Assembly: GCF_009914755.1 (NCBI RefSeq)
Contig: NC_060935.1
Reading direction: 5' to 3' (one strand)
Source: the human T2T-CHM13v2.0 reference genome, Homo sapiens
DNA: 64,000 nucleotides
Made by a program: the position numbers and the translations under genes. The notes under the pieces were generated by a model, which was not told the origin of the DNA, searched no databases, and saw only the letters and a program-made list of their open reading frames with translations. Shown piece after piece: positions 49,201-64,000 of this stretch (position 1 is its first letter; every line of letters begins with the position of its first letter).

Positions 49201-52200
49201 GGAGAAATAACCTCTATTTCATCGGGTTAAACCAGATAATTTATGTTCAACTGTTCTGTGAACTGTGAGGTCCAGCTGTTAGTTTTACTTACTGGTGTTG
49301 AAAGAACAAAAGTTACAAGGTCATTCCTAGGTCTCCTCTTCTTCCTTTCTCCTCTCTGTGGTTCCACCCCAGCCCACATGGAGGCAGCAGGGTTCTGGGA
49401 AGCCTAGCGGATACCAGCATGCTGCTCACTGTGGGCCTGTTCCCTTCCATAACCTGTTTCCTCATTTGTCAATTGACTGTAATAACTCTAACCCTGTCCC
49501 TCTCAGGGCGAGTACATGAAAGGCCGTGAAGTGCTTTGACCTCTGTGATGCACCTGACAAATCCAAAGGTTTCTATTATTATTATCATTATTATTATTTT
49601 GGCATTTTTCAAACACGTATGACATAATCTAGAACAACCTTCACCCACCTTTACAAAACCAAAGAGGGTGGAAGGAGGTATTTGCAAAAAGTGAATTAAC
49701 ACTGGAAAACTTTCTATTGTTTTAAAGTGAAACCTCATCAGCACCCAGAACAGATAATTTAGAACAGCTGAATTTTTTCTTACTGGTCCTAAAGTTCCTT
49801 GGAAGCCCAGGAAGGTGGGCCCCCAAACTCCTGGCTCTAGGCCAAGGAGGCTGATGGGCTTTACCCTCCTGGGAATGGCTAGACAGCTTCTGAGCTCCTT
49901 CCAACCCAAGGGTTTCCTGATTTTTCCCTCCCTTAGGGAGACATGGGAGGTTGGGGTAAGGATATGTCCAAGTTTGCATGAATTTTAAATGAAAGCAGTT
50001 TTTTAAAGTCCCAAATGTTGTCAATGATCCCATTTTTTACAATAAAATGTTCGTGCCCCACCCCCAGAGGGGCTGCTGGCCCAGCCAAGCGCTGGGTGCC
50101 GGAGGCTGCTGCTGGGCAATCCAGGCTCCTGGCTGAGACTAGCAGGGACCTCCTCGTCCCAGGGGTCCCTCTTCTCCCAGATGAGCCTGTCTCCTGGGCC
50201 TCATCCTCATTCTCCTCTCCTGATGACTCCCACTGTCTTCCTCCTCTTCCTCTCCTCTCGGGATGAGGGGCTACTGTCCTAAAAGCATGGCCTCTCCTTT
50301 TCGGCCAGTCCACCTGCTCCTTCTCCTGGAGGTGGAGTCAGGTACAGGACGGAAGTTCCAGATGTCTTCACAGAATTTCCAAATGCTATTTCTTCATTTG
50401 CAATTTCTGTTCCTGCCATCCGCCCCCATGTAGCCTCTGCCCAGTCTTCAACCCCCGCCTTTGGAGTCCGTGGAGGAAAAGAGCAGAAACAGGAGCCCAG
50501 AGACCATTCCAGACTCACCAGGTATGGGCGCTGCCGACTTAATTTTTACAAAACCAAGCCAATCCGTCCCTAGGTAAATTTTTGTAAGCAAGGTGCCCAC
50601 TAGGTAGGAAGGCTGCATTTAATGCTAATTTACTGTAAGGTCTAGGGAAGTCCTTTCCGCTTCTCTGGGCCTCAGTTTCCTCATCTGCCAAATAGGGAAA
50701 TGGATGAGATGATTGCTAAGGTCCCTTCAGTTCCATGAGTCTATGAAATGTTTATTGCTATTGCTTTTCCTTCACTATCCTCACCTTCAGAGCTGCCAGC
50801 ACCCACCTGGAATGTGGTTCCTTCACTTGGGCCATGAATGGCACAGGTAACCAAGAGCTTGGCCTGCCTGCAAGCTCTATGGTCAGACAGGTGAGTCCTG
50901 GCACTGGGAAGGGCAAAAGAAAAGGGAGAGAAATGCCCTAGGTTCCCACTCCAATCAGGAGGAAGCTCCTCATCAGAGTGGGTCCATGACAGCTCAGAGG
51001 CTGAAGTCTGGATGACACAGGGCATCCGGCCTTCCAAGGCCTCGGGATGCTGGGATCCTACCACCCTGCAGCCGCTTGGCAGGTCTAAGGACAAAATCAC
51101 CTTTTGAGGAAGTGCCAGGTCAGTTAACATCACTGTGCAAATCAGAAGGTCCAGGGCCAGATGCTTTGGCCAGAGACCTTTCAAACCAAAGCCATGAGGC
51201 AAGCACCGCTCCTCCCTTCTTCCCTCTCCTTCCCCACAATGCCCTCCCTCCCCCCACCCTCCCCCAAATTCTAAAGACTTTTTTCCCCAGGTTCTCAGCC
51301 TGGGGTATTAAGCTGCTAATAACACGCCTACATACTCAGGTGGTTTTGTTCTTGGTCTGTTGCAATGGTTCTCAGGAGACATTTCATTTGTGTCTGGGAC
51401 ATGGGAATGTCCTGAACTAATCTTGCTTAAGAAAAAACAACCAGAACACTCCCCTAGAGATGTAGCCTGCTCAACAGCTCTGAGTTCCTACCCTGGACCA
51501 CATCTGTTTATGCTCTTCAAATGGAATCCAGCCTTCAGATGAACCACTGCAATAAACCCTACTCTCTGCTTGCCTCTAGACTGGGATCCCCAGGGACAGG
51601 ACACTTAGGGAAGAGCAGAGAGGACATGGCCTGGTCAGGTAGGAGGAAGGGGATAGAGCTGGAAGGGCAGGGGCTAAGAGGGGGACAGTTGGGGAGAGGC
51701 AGGAGATTAGAAAAAGCAGCTTTTACAAAAACCAAAAATAAAAATCAAAACCATTAAAGATGCATAAAGTGACCCTTGCACTTCCGTTGTCTCTTCTTGC
51801 AAATAGAGGTGGTGCTGCTAGGGAACTGCTCCAGCACCGGTGTAAGACTTGAGTAGTTGCATACAATGTGTGACTCCAGATCTGCAGAGGGAAAGGGGAA
51901 AGAAACAGTGTCAGTGATATTCAGGAGGCTTCTCCCCTCAACTCGGGAGCCCGCTGTGCCTTCCTAGTGAAGCTGCCTGCCTCCCGCCTGTGGAAGTTGT
52001 TGTGCTCTGGTGCCAAGAGCCCTGGAGGAGATGGGGGAGGCCAGATGATGTGGGGGGCCAGAGGATTTCAAAGTGACATCCCTGGAGCCCTATGGTTCAC
52101 TGTCACTGCCTCAGGAGCTGCTGAGGGGACCAAGGAAGCCAGAGGTCTGGGTCAGCCCAAAGCCTCCAAATAGCTCCAACCAAAGCTCTTAACATATGAT

Positions 52201-52667
52201 CTGGGCAAGAGTTCATTTGAAGAATGGGGCCCATAGTTAAAAGAAGTCCGAAGACCATAAGGTAAATGGCACAGAATTTAGTACTAGAGAACTGAAGTTT
52301 AAGCCCTAGCTTAATTTTTACTGGCTAAGTGATATTTAACTACATATTTATCTGTAAAATAGAGCTAATGATCCTTATTTCACAGAGCAACTATAAGGAT
52401 TATGAGATAACATAAGCAAAGGGATAGCTATTATTATTTCTGTTATTATTTAGATTTCAACAAGCAGTCAACAGAAGTGATAGCTATTATTAAGAGTGAT
52501 ATTATGGACCTTGGAGCAGGAAAGCAACTGGTAACTTGACAGCTGTTACCTGCCCTAGCTGACACCTGTGCTCCAGACCCAAACCAGGGACTTTGAGGCA
52601 GTTCCTGTATGTATCCCCCTCCCACTTCTCTCACCCTGGCCACACTCACTTGGATGGGCTGCAGGCT

Positions 52668-56673
<4,006 letters not shown>

Positions 56674-57230
56674 CTGTACCAAGGCAATAAGAGAGACTTC
56701 CAGTTAGTTGGCAGAAAAGCATTGCTAGAAGGCAGCAGGTCCCAGTCACGACTCCCCAGACAAAGATGGGCTGAATCCAGGCTGGAAACAGAGATGAGAA
56801 CAAACAGAGAACAGGGCTCCACCCAGAAAGCCCTGGCCCCAGAGGCAGCTCCCTCAGTCCTGGTGCACAGGGCTGCATGGATGATTCTGGGCATCTTTTC
56901 TTTCTCTGGGTCTCAGGGCTCTCATCTATAAAATAAGAGGCTAGAACCACATGGTCCCTTTTAGCTCTGACAGCCTGGGATTTGGAGCTGTCTGTGTGAA
57001 ATGGGCAGGTGCACAGAGATGGAAACCCTCAACTCACTTGCTCTTTATTGCTACTCTACTTGCTTTTCTGTCTTCTCACACAGAATCCAGGGTATCTTTT
57101 TGCTGCTGTTTCTGTCTTTCTCTCTTTTGCTCTATTTCTTTTTCTCCTTATCTCTCTCTCTCTCACTCTCTTCTTGGACTTCCCTCCATCATGTTCCCTC
57201 CCCTCCCCACCAAGTTTGAAGGTGAAAACC

Positions 57231-57365
57231 CCATACAAAACACCATTCGGAGACCCTCATCTTCTGGGATGCTGACCATACAAAACACCATTCGGAGACC
57301 CTCATCTTCTGGGATGCTGACCATACAAAACACCATTCAGAGATCGTCATCTTCTAGGATGCTGA
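57231..57365. repeat. 45-bp tandem repeat, 3 copies
   Basis: Unit ccatacaaaacaccattcggagaccctcatcttctgggatgctga; copies 1 and 2 identical, copy 3 has 4 substitutions. Confidence 0.95.
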
Positions 57366-58921
57366 AAAACTTTGCTCTGCAGAGTTGGCTCCTCCTTCTC
57401 TCCTGGGCTCTAGGGGAAGGCCACCTCTGCCTGAAAATACCTGAAGTCAGGGATCACAAAGATTCACATCAACCTGGAACCTGGGCCATGTCTGTCCCTC
57501 AGCAGGATGGACAAAAGCTGGAGCTAAGAATGGGGCTGAGAAGTCAGGCCCCAAGAAGCTCACAATTGCCCATGTAAATAAACTGTGCTGCCTTTTAATC
57601 CTCCGGAAAAGAGTGACAGATCCTTTGTTCACAGAAAAAAACTTGAAACATGAGTCATTCAGGAACAACACTGTCTCCTTTTAGAATCACAAAATGGAAT
57701 CGTTCTACGGAACCCAAGTGATCATCAAGGGACTCCAATCCTTGGACTTTACACAAGGGGATCCTGGGCTCAGAAAAGGCAAGTCTTTTTAATAACTTCT
57801 CCTAAAGACTCTAAACTCTTCTAAGTTGAAGGGACAGTGCCTGAGGACCTAGGCTTTGAAGCCCTGCTGGGGAGGTGCTGAGGTGGCTTCTTTCCTGTGG
57901 TTCCATCTTGGGTAAGTCTAGCAGACCTCACTGAACCTCTCTGGGCTTCAGCTCTTTCACCTATAAGATGCTCACCAAGGACCCTTTCAGCTCCGAGGTG
58001 CTGTTTCTATCATATAATAAGGGACTAGGGGCAGAGTGGAGGGAGTGCTTTATTGGAAGAGAAGACATCTAGTCTTCAGTCCTGGCTTTCCCCCTAATTT
58101 TTCATGACAATTGTCAAGTCTTTGGGCCTTAGTTTCTTATTTTGTAAAATCAGGTGGCTAAGAATGAAGATCTCTTCCTAAACAAAAATTCCATGGTTCT
58201 AAAGATCCTGGGTCTCTTCTACCTTAACCCCAAGTAAAAGCAAACTACCACATGGTCACAAATCTTTCTCAGTCCACATCACACCTCTTTGGCTTAGCAC
58301 CCCCCTGCCCCTGATGACTCAGGAGGATAGGAGAGCTGCTGCACAGCTGCCACAAAAGTCAGCCTGTTCCCTGGATTCACGTCATTTATTTTTTCACCTG
58401 CAGATCCATAGTTTTTTCCATAGTTTTGTGATCAAATATGCTTGGGAAATAAGTAACAATGAGGATAGAATGGAAAGTACATATGAAAGAGAGGGAAGCA
58501 TGTTAAAGAGAAGTAGAAACTAACTGGAAGTGCAACTATGAGCTGAGTGAGAAGTCTAGAGCAGATTTCTCAAAGTTTCTAGATTATGGAGCTAATGATG
58601 AAATGTGGTCATAGGAGGAGAAGCAGATACTGTGGGGGAAGACAGGGAGACTAGCTTTGCAGATGTCTAGAAGGAACCATCTGATGTGTACGGAGACACA
58701 ATTTACTTATCTATAAAATAAAGGGGTTTTATAGATAAACCAGAGATAGACATTTCCCAAATGTGGACAACGTACTATAGATCCCAAGGGATCTTAATAG
58801 TTGTTTTTGCCAAAGAAAAGGAAACAAAAGAGTTCTATAGTCCCATATGTAAAATAGAGATAAACAGTTAAGATTTTGTTTTTATTCCATGACCCTGAGA
58901 AGTTTTTAAAACAATAGGATG

Positions 58922-59208
58922 GGCTGGATGTGATGGCTCTCACCTATAATCCCAGCACTTTGGGAGGCCAAGGCAGGAGAAGCACTTGAGACCAGGAGTT
59001 TAACACCAGCCTGGGTAACACAGACAGACTACATCTCTAAAAAAAGAAAAAAACTTAGCCAGGCATGGTGGCTGGTGTAGTCCCCAGCTACTTGGGAGGC
59101 TGAGGCATGAGGATGGCTTGAGCCCAGGAGTCTAAGGCTGTTGTGAGCCATGATCACAACACTGTACTTCAGCCTGGGTGACAGAGCAGGACCCTGTCTC
59201 TTAAAGAA
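58922..59208 (+). mobile_element. Alu (AluJ-like)
   Basis: Diverged dimer. Confidence 0.88.
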
Positions 59209-59329
59209 GGTGGGGAGGTGAACTGTGAATCTCTAAGATGGGAGTATGTACAAGACTGTATTTTCCAAATTAATTTTACCACAGAATCTTTTATTCATAC
59301 TATAAACATTTAAAACAATTAAATTTCAG

Positions 59330-59512
59330 CCATGTTTTTTGTAATTGAAGCTAGTTTTGGTAAACAAAGTTATATTGTAACACATCCACATCCATTCATT
59401 TACATATTGACTAAGGCTACTTTCCTGCTACAATGGTAGTCACTGACAGAGAGCATATGGCCTTTTTAAAAGCCTAAATATTTGGCCCTTTACAGGAATG
59501 TTTGCTGACCCC
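59330..59512. mobile_element. MER58-like hAT relic
   Basis: 'cattcatttacatattg...gctacaatgg...tatggcc...aaagcctaaatatttggccctttacagga...tttgctgacccct'. Confidence 0.6.
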
Positions 59513-61833
59513 TAATTTAAAGGAATATATCAAGGTGTAGAGAAACCTAGCAGAGCTGAAAGCATCCCTTTTCTATGCAGGAGAGTAGGACACCCCTGAA
59601 TCAGAAGGTGCCTGTTTCTGAAAGCTCTGTAGCACAGAGCCATGGTTATGAGCAGTCTGGAGACAGACTGACTGCCTGGGTCCAAACCCCCAGCTCTGAG
59701 ACTTAATAGCTATAGGATACATCAGTCTCGCGTGTGATATGGGAACAGTAATGGTACCTACTTCATTGTGATAAATACATTAACTGTTAAGTAAAAAGCA
59801 CTTAGAACAGTACCTGACATATTAGAAGCACTTTATAAAGATCAGCTATTATTATTTTCTCTCTCACTTTATAGGGACAGTAAGCTTCTGTCCTAAGGGT
59901 ATGCAGGCAGAGCCTGGTCTGAGAGACTAAAGCTAATCTATGACTACTATGGTCTGTCCCAGCTTGGAACACAGACTCCAGGATTCTAAGATTCTAAAAT
60001 GTTATGGCTTAAAATGCCATGATTTTATGATTCTTTAAAGTTAACAGGCCAAAGATGCTGATGACTTTCCTTTATGCTCCTGGAGAATGTGCTCTGGAAT
60101 TTTTCTCTTCCCTGGGGAAGCTGGATTACCCACTGTATGCCACAAGGACAGCCATATTACAAAGTGGTGAGACTATCCCTCTGAGGAAAATCAAAAAGCT
60201 CCAAGAGACTGCAGTAGAATTTGGTTCCCACATCTAAGAATAACCTTGTCTGAGAATGTTTCCCTTTCTTCATGTTATGAAATGAGACACACACATACTC
60301 AGAATACAAATCAGTAGCCAAAACACCCTTGGCAGCCAAAGAGATGATGCTGCAGAAGAAGGCCTTGCTTGTTTGTCCAGACAGTCTGAGATAGAAGCAG
60401 AACTGCAGAGCTAGAAGACTCAGAGATCATTAAGACCAACGTAAACATTTCACAGATGAGATAATGAGTAGTTGCTGAAAGAGAGAGCTGTTTGTGGGGA
60501 TCTAAGACTCAGTGCTACTTCCTCTAACCACAGTGGTTCTCAAGGTTACCATTTGTCAGGAGGATCTTCATGAGGCTGGAGAAACTGCCTGGGGGCCCTC
60601 ATCCTAGGTTCTGTCAGTAAGTCAGGTCAATTCCTCTCAGGGAATATCCTCATTTGGACTAGACAGTATCAGAGAACTTCTCTAGTGCTGACATTCTAGG
60701 TCTCTGAGTATTTCAGAAGACTTTCATGAGGAAATCATTTCAGAGGACTTTCCATAATTTACTAGTGGTCCTGTCAATACTCTTGAGGAACACTGAAAAT
60801 TCCCCTGGAGCTATAGCCTGAGCTTGGGTGACACAAAAATCAGGGTTTATTACTTTATGCATCTAAGTAAAAGAAGCTGTTGGGCTTGTTGCAAAAAAGT
60901 CTCACAGATTTTGCCCAAATGAACTTAGACTCAGTTCACTCACTGGAGGCCTGGCTATCCTGAAAGGAATTCTAAGTCTGAAGGTCACAGAATTAAGACT
61001 TTGGAATGTTGTGCCTGAAGGACATTAGAGGTTTATATTCAACCTCCTCCTTTTCCGAGAAAGAACCTGGAGCCCAGAAGGACAGATTTTCCCCAAATTG
61101 TACAGCACATCAGTACACAGCTAGGCCCAAAGTTCAGGGCTCACCCTGCCCTAGGCAGAGCTCTTGCTGAGTTAAAGTCTCTGTAGTCCAATCTTGGGCA
61201 TTTAATATACTGGCCTTTGTTGTCCCCATTTCACTAAAGGCAATATCATGAAAGAAAAAATGAATTAGATCACTCGAAGTCCCAGCTCTGCCTTATAAAA
61301 GAGGCTTTGTTTATGATGTCCTATTCTTTCTCTTAGGTTCCTAACCATAATTTTAGAATCAAATGGGATAATAAAAAGAGTATGTACATTAACAAGATAA
61401 AACCTTTTCAGCGCTTTCTGCAATCCTTTTTCACTGTCATAAATCTTTTTCAGTTGTAGAAGCCCTACCACCTTCAAAGGCTTGATCCTTGCATCACGGA
61501 TGCCTTTTAGACTAATTGGTTTATTGATCATCAGATTTATATGTCTGGACAAAATAAAGCTCTATGTCTGAATCTTGCTTTGACCCCTAAGACTCCTTGT
61601 TGGTAGCCAAGTGAGACAGTGATGAATCAGCAGGAGACCTAATTACAAACAGGCTTAGCAAGTATCAGTGAAATTGAACTGAATTTGTCAAAGTGCCCTG
61701 AATTTTCTGTGGTACTAGAAGCCACAAAATCTGAATGCTGGGAGGAATCTTTTTGAGTATGGGAGGGCCAGTCAACCCCAACTGCATTAAAAAATGGCAC
61801 AGGTTTATACATTACTTGCTTGAAACAGAGGTA

Positions 61834-62091
61834 GGCCAGGCATGGTAGCTGGTGGGCAGACAGCTTGAGCCCAGGAGTTCGAGACCAGCCTAGGCAATGT
61901 GGGAAAACCCCATCTCTACAAAAAATTAAAAAAATTAGCTGGGCATGGTTTTGCATGCCTGTGGTCCCAGCTACATGGGAGGCTGCGGAGGGAGGATTGC
62001 TTGAGCCTAGGAGCTTGAGACTGCAGTGTGACGTGATTGTGCCACTGGACTCCAGCCTGAGTGACAGAGCAAGACCTTGTCTCAAAAAAAA
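61834..62091 (+). mobile_element. Alu (AluJ-like, deletion in left arm)
   Basis: Dimer lacking part of the left arm. Confidence 0.85.
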
Positions 62092-62694
62092 GGTGGGGGT
62101 GGGTACATTTTGGTCTTTTTCAGGGACTGTGATAGCCTGTCTGGGAGGGAACAGTGGGATGTGGCTGCTGGACACTTAATGGGATTTCAGGAAGATTTCA
62201 ACATAGTAGAAGGCAAGGCCTTCTGTTACTCAGACTTCCTGTGGAAAGGGTTGCCTCTGAAGGGAATGAGTACTCCATTTTTGGAGATGGTTTGTTGGCC
62301 AGCTAAGGGCAGCTAGAGAGGTGGTCCCTGTTGGGGTGGAAGACGCTGAGTACACATCATCTTGCTGAGAGATAAGGAGTCTAATTGCAAGAAAGAACCT
62401 TGGAGATGATTTAGTTCAGTTCCCTCATTTTGCAGTTTGAAAAATCAAGGTCCAATGCATGGACATCAATTATCCAAGGTTACACAGAACCCAGTCTAGA
62501 ATTCAATGCAGCTTCCACTCCAGGCTGCTTTCTGCTACACTACAGTAGGTGTGCCTATATGCGTCTATATCCAGATGTTTAGATGTAAGAGAGAACATGT
62601 ATATCCCTATTTTTATATATATATAATCTTACGTATGTTCATTCATTCTACCTGAGGTATCTGGAGAAACTCCTTATGGCTGACATACCTCTCT

Positions 62695-62996
<302 letters not shown>

Positions 62997-63309
62997 TGAC
63001 ATACCTCTCTTAAAGAGTAAAATCAATCTCATGAGAAAAGTCAGTAACTGAATCTTAACCTGGGTGATACCTTTTTCCGGCTGTGCTGCTTACTAGCTGG
63101 GTGGCGTTGGACCTATTACCTTTCTAGGCCTCATCGTTCAAACTGGGATGAAAATCCACCTAAATAACTTAGTAGACTGAGTGTAATGTAGATTAAATGA
63201 AAGGGTGATTATGAGACTATATTTTACAAAAGGTGAGTTACGTTGTATAAACATAAACTGATGTTGACATCTAGGGGCAATGAAAACTTGAGAAAATGAC
63301 ATTGGATGT

Positions 63310-63700
63310 TGATATGGTTTAGATGTTTGTTTCCTCCAAATGTCATGCTGAAATGTAACCTCCAGTGTTGGAAATGGGGCCTGCTGGGAGGTACTGGATC
63401 ACAGAGGTAGATCCCTCATGATGGCTTAGCACCATCCCCTTGCTGATGAGTGAGCTCTGATTATTTAGAGTGTGGCACCTTCCCAGCCCCTTGCTCCCTC
63501 TCTCACCATGTGATATGCTGGCTTCCTCTTTTGCCTTCCGCCATGACTGTAAGCTTCCTGAGGCCCTCACCAGAAGCTAAGCAGGGGTTGGTACCATGCT
63601 TGTGCAGCCTGCAGAACCGTAAGCCAATTAAACCTCTTTTCTTTATGAATTACCCAGCCTCAGGTATTTCTTTATAACAACACAAGAACAGACTAACACA
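63310..63700. mobile_element. MST-type MaLR solo LTR, intact
   Basis: TG...CA termini ('tgatatggtttagatg'...'gactaacaca') and 5-bp TSD gatgt at 63305-63309 and 63701-63705. Confidence 0.9.
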
Positions 63701-63947
63701 GATGTTTTAAAGAAAAGAAAAAAATACAATGAATTCTTCTAGTCTACTTACTTAGTAGATTAATAATTTGTGGAACCACACACTATCAGGCCTTGCCTGG
63801 AATATCCCTTTGAGGGCTTATCCAGCCCTCACAACTTAAGAGAGAAGTTCTCACCACATCCAAAGTCAGTCATTCCTCTATTGAACAGCTCCAACAAGAC
63901 ACAAAGTTCTTCCTTATATGGAGTCAAAATGCCACTCAGTAATTTCA

Positions 63948-64000
63948 TTTTTTTTTTTTTTTTTGAGACGGAGTCTTGTTCTGTCGCCCAGGCTGGAGTG
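63948..64000 (-). mobile_element. Alu 3' end, cut off by the window edge
   Basis: Poly-T followed by gagacggagtcttg...gcccaggctggagtg. Confidence 0.9.

Noticed and set aside
57231-57365. CRISPR-like appearance of the repeat
   Set aside because: Units are directly adjacent with no spacers, and the context is mammalian.
56951-57577. 208-aa plus-strand ORF with a 15-aa repeat
   Set aside because: Length is explained by the in-frame 45-bp repeat and a CT-rich tract; it is intronic, antisense to FAM168A, and has no promoter or splice support.

Overview
Human-type (Alu-rich, GC-rich) genomic DNA recognisable as the ARHGEF17-RELT-FAM168A locus (11q13.4 by gene order; recalled, not looked up). The plus strand carries the last 18 coding exons of ARHGEF17 (670-12917; 2739 nt = 912 aa + stop; end of DH domain, PH domain and C-terminal beta-propeller) with its 3'UTR to ~14220. 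A CpG-island promoter at ~21.3-22.4 kb, with two candidate non-coding first exons, drives the complete RELT gene (10 coding exons, 34274-40628; 1293 nt = 430 aa + stop). The minus strand carries the 3' end of FAM168A (three coding exons at 56673-52668, an intron 18 nt after the stop, and a ~6.2 kb terminal 3'UTR exon), convergent with RELT. All exon boundaries were read from GT/AG sites and phases close across every junction. Introns hold many Alus, two MaLR solo LTRs, hAT MERs, MIR/L2 relics and a 45-bp tandem repeat. I found no convincing new gene or system. The best leads are regulatory or isoform-level: transposon-derived poly(A) signals at the convergent RELT/FAM168A ends, a duplicated in-frame splice acceptor in RELT, an open in-frame 5' extension of RELT, and a same-strand ETS/IRF/NF-kB motif cluster upstream of RELT.
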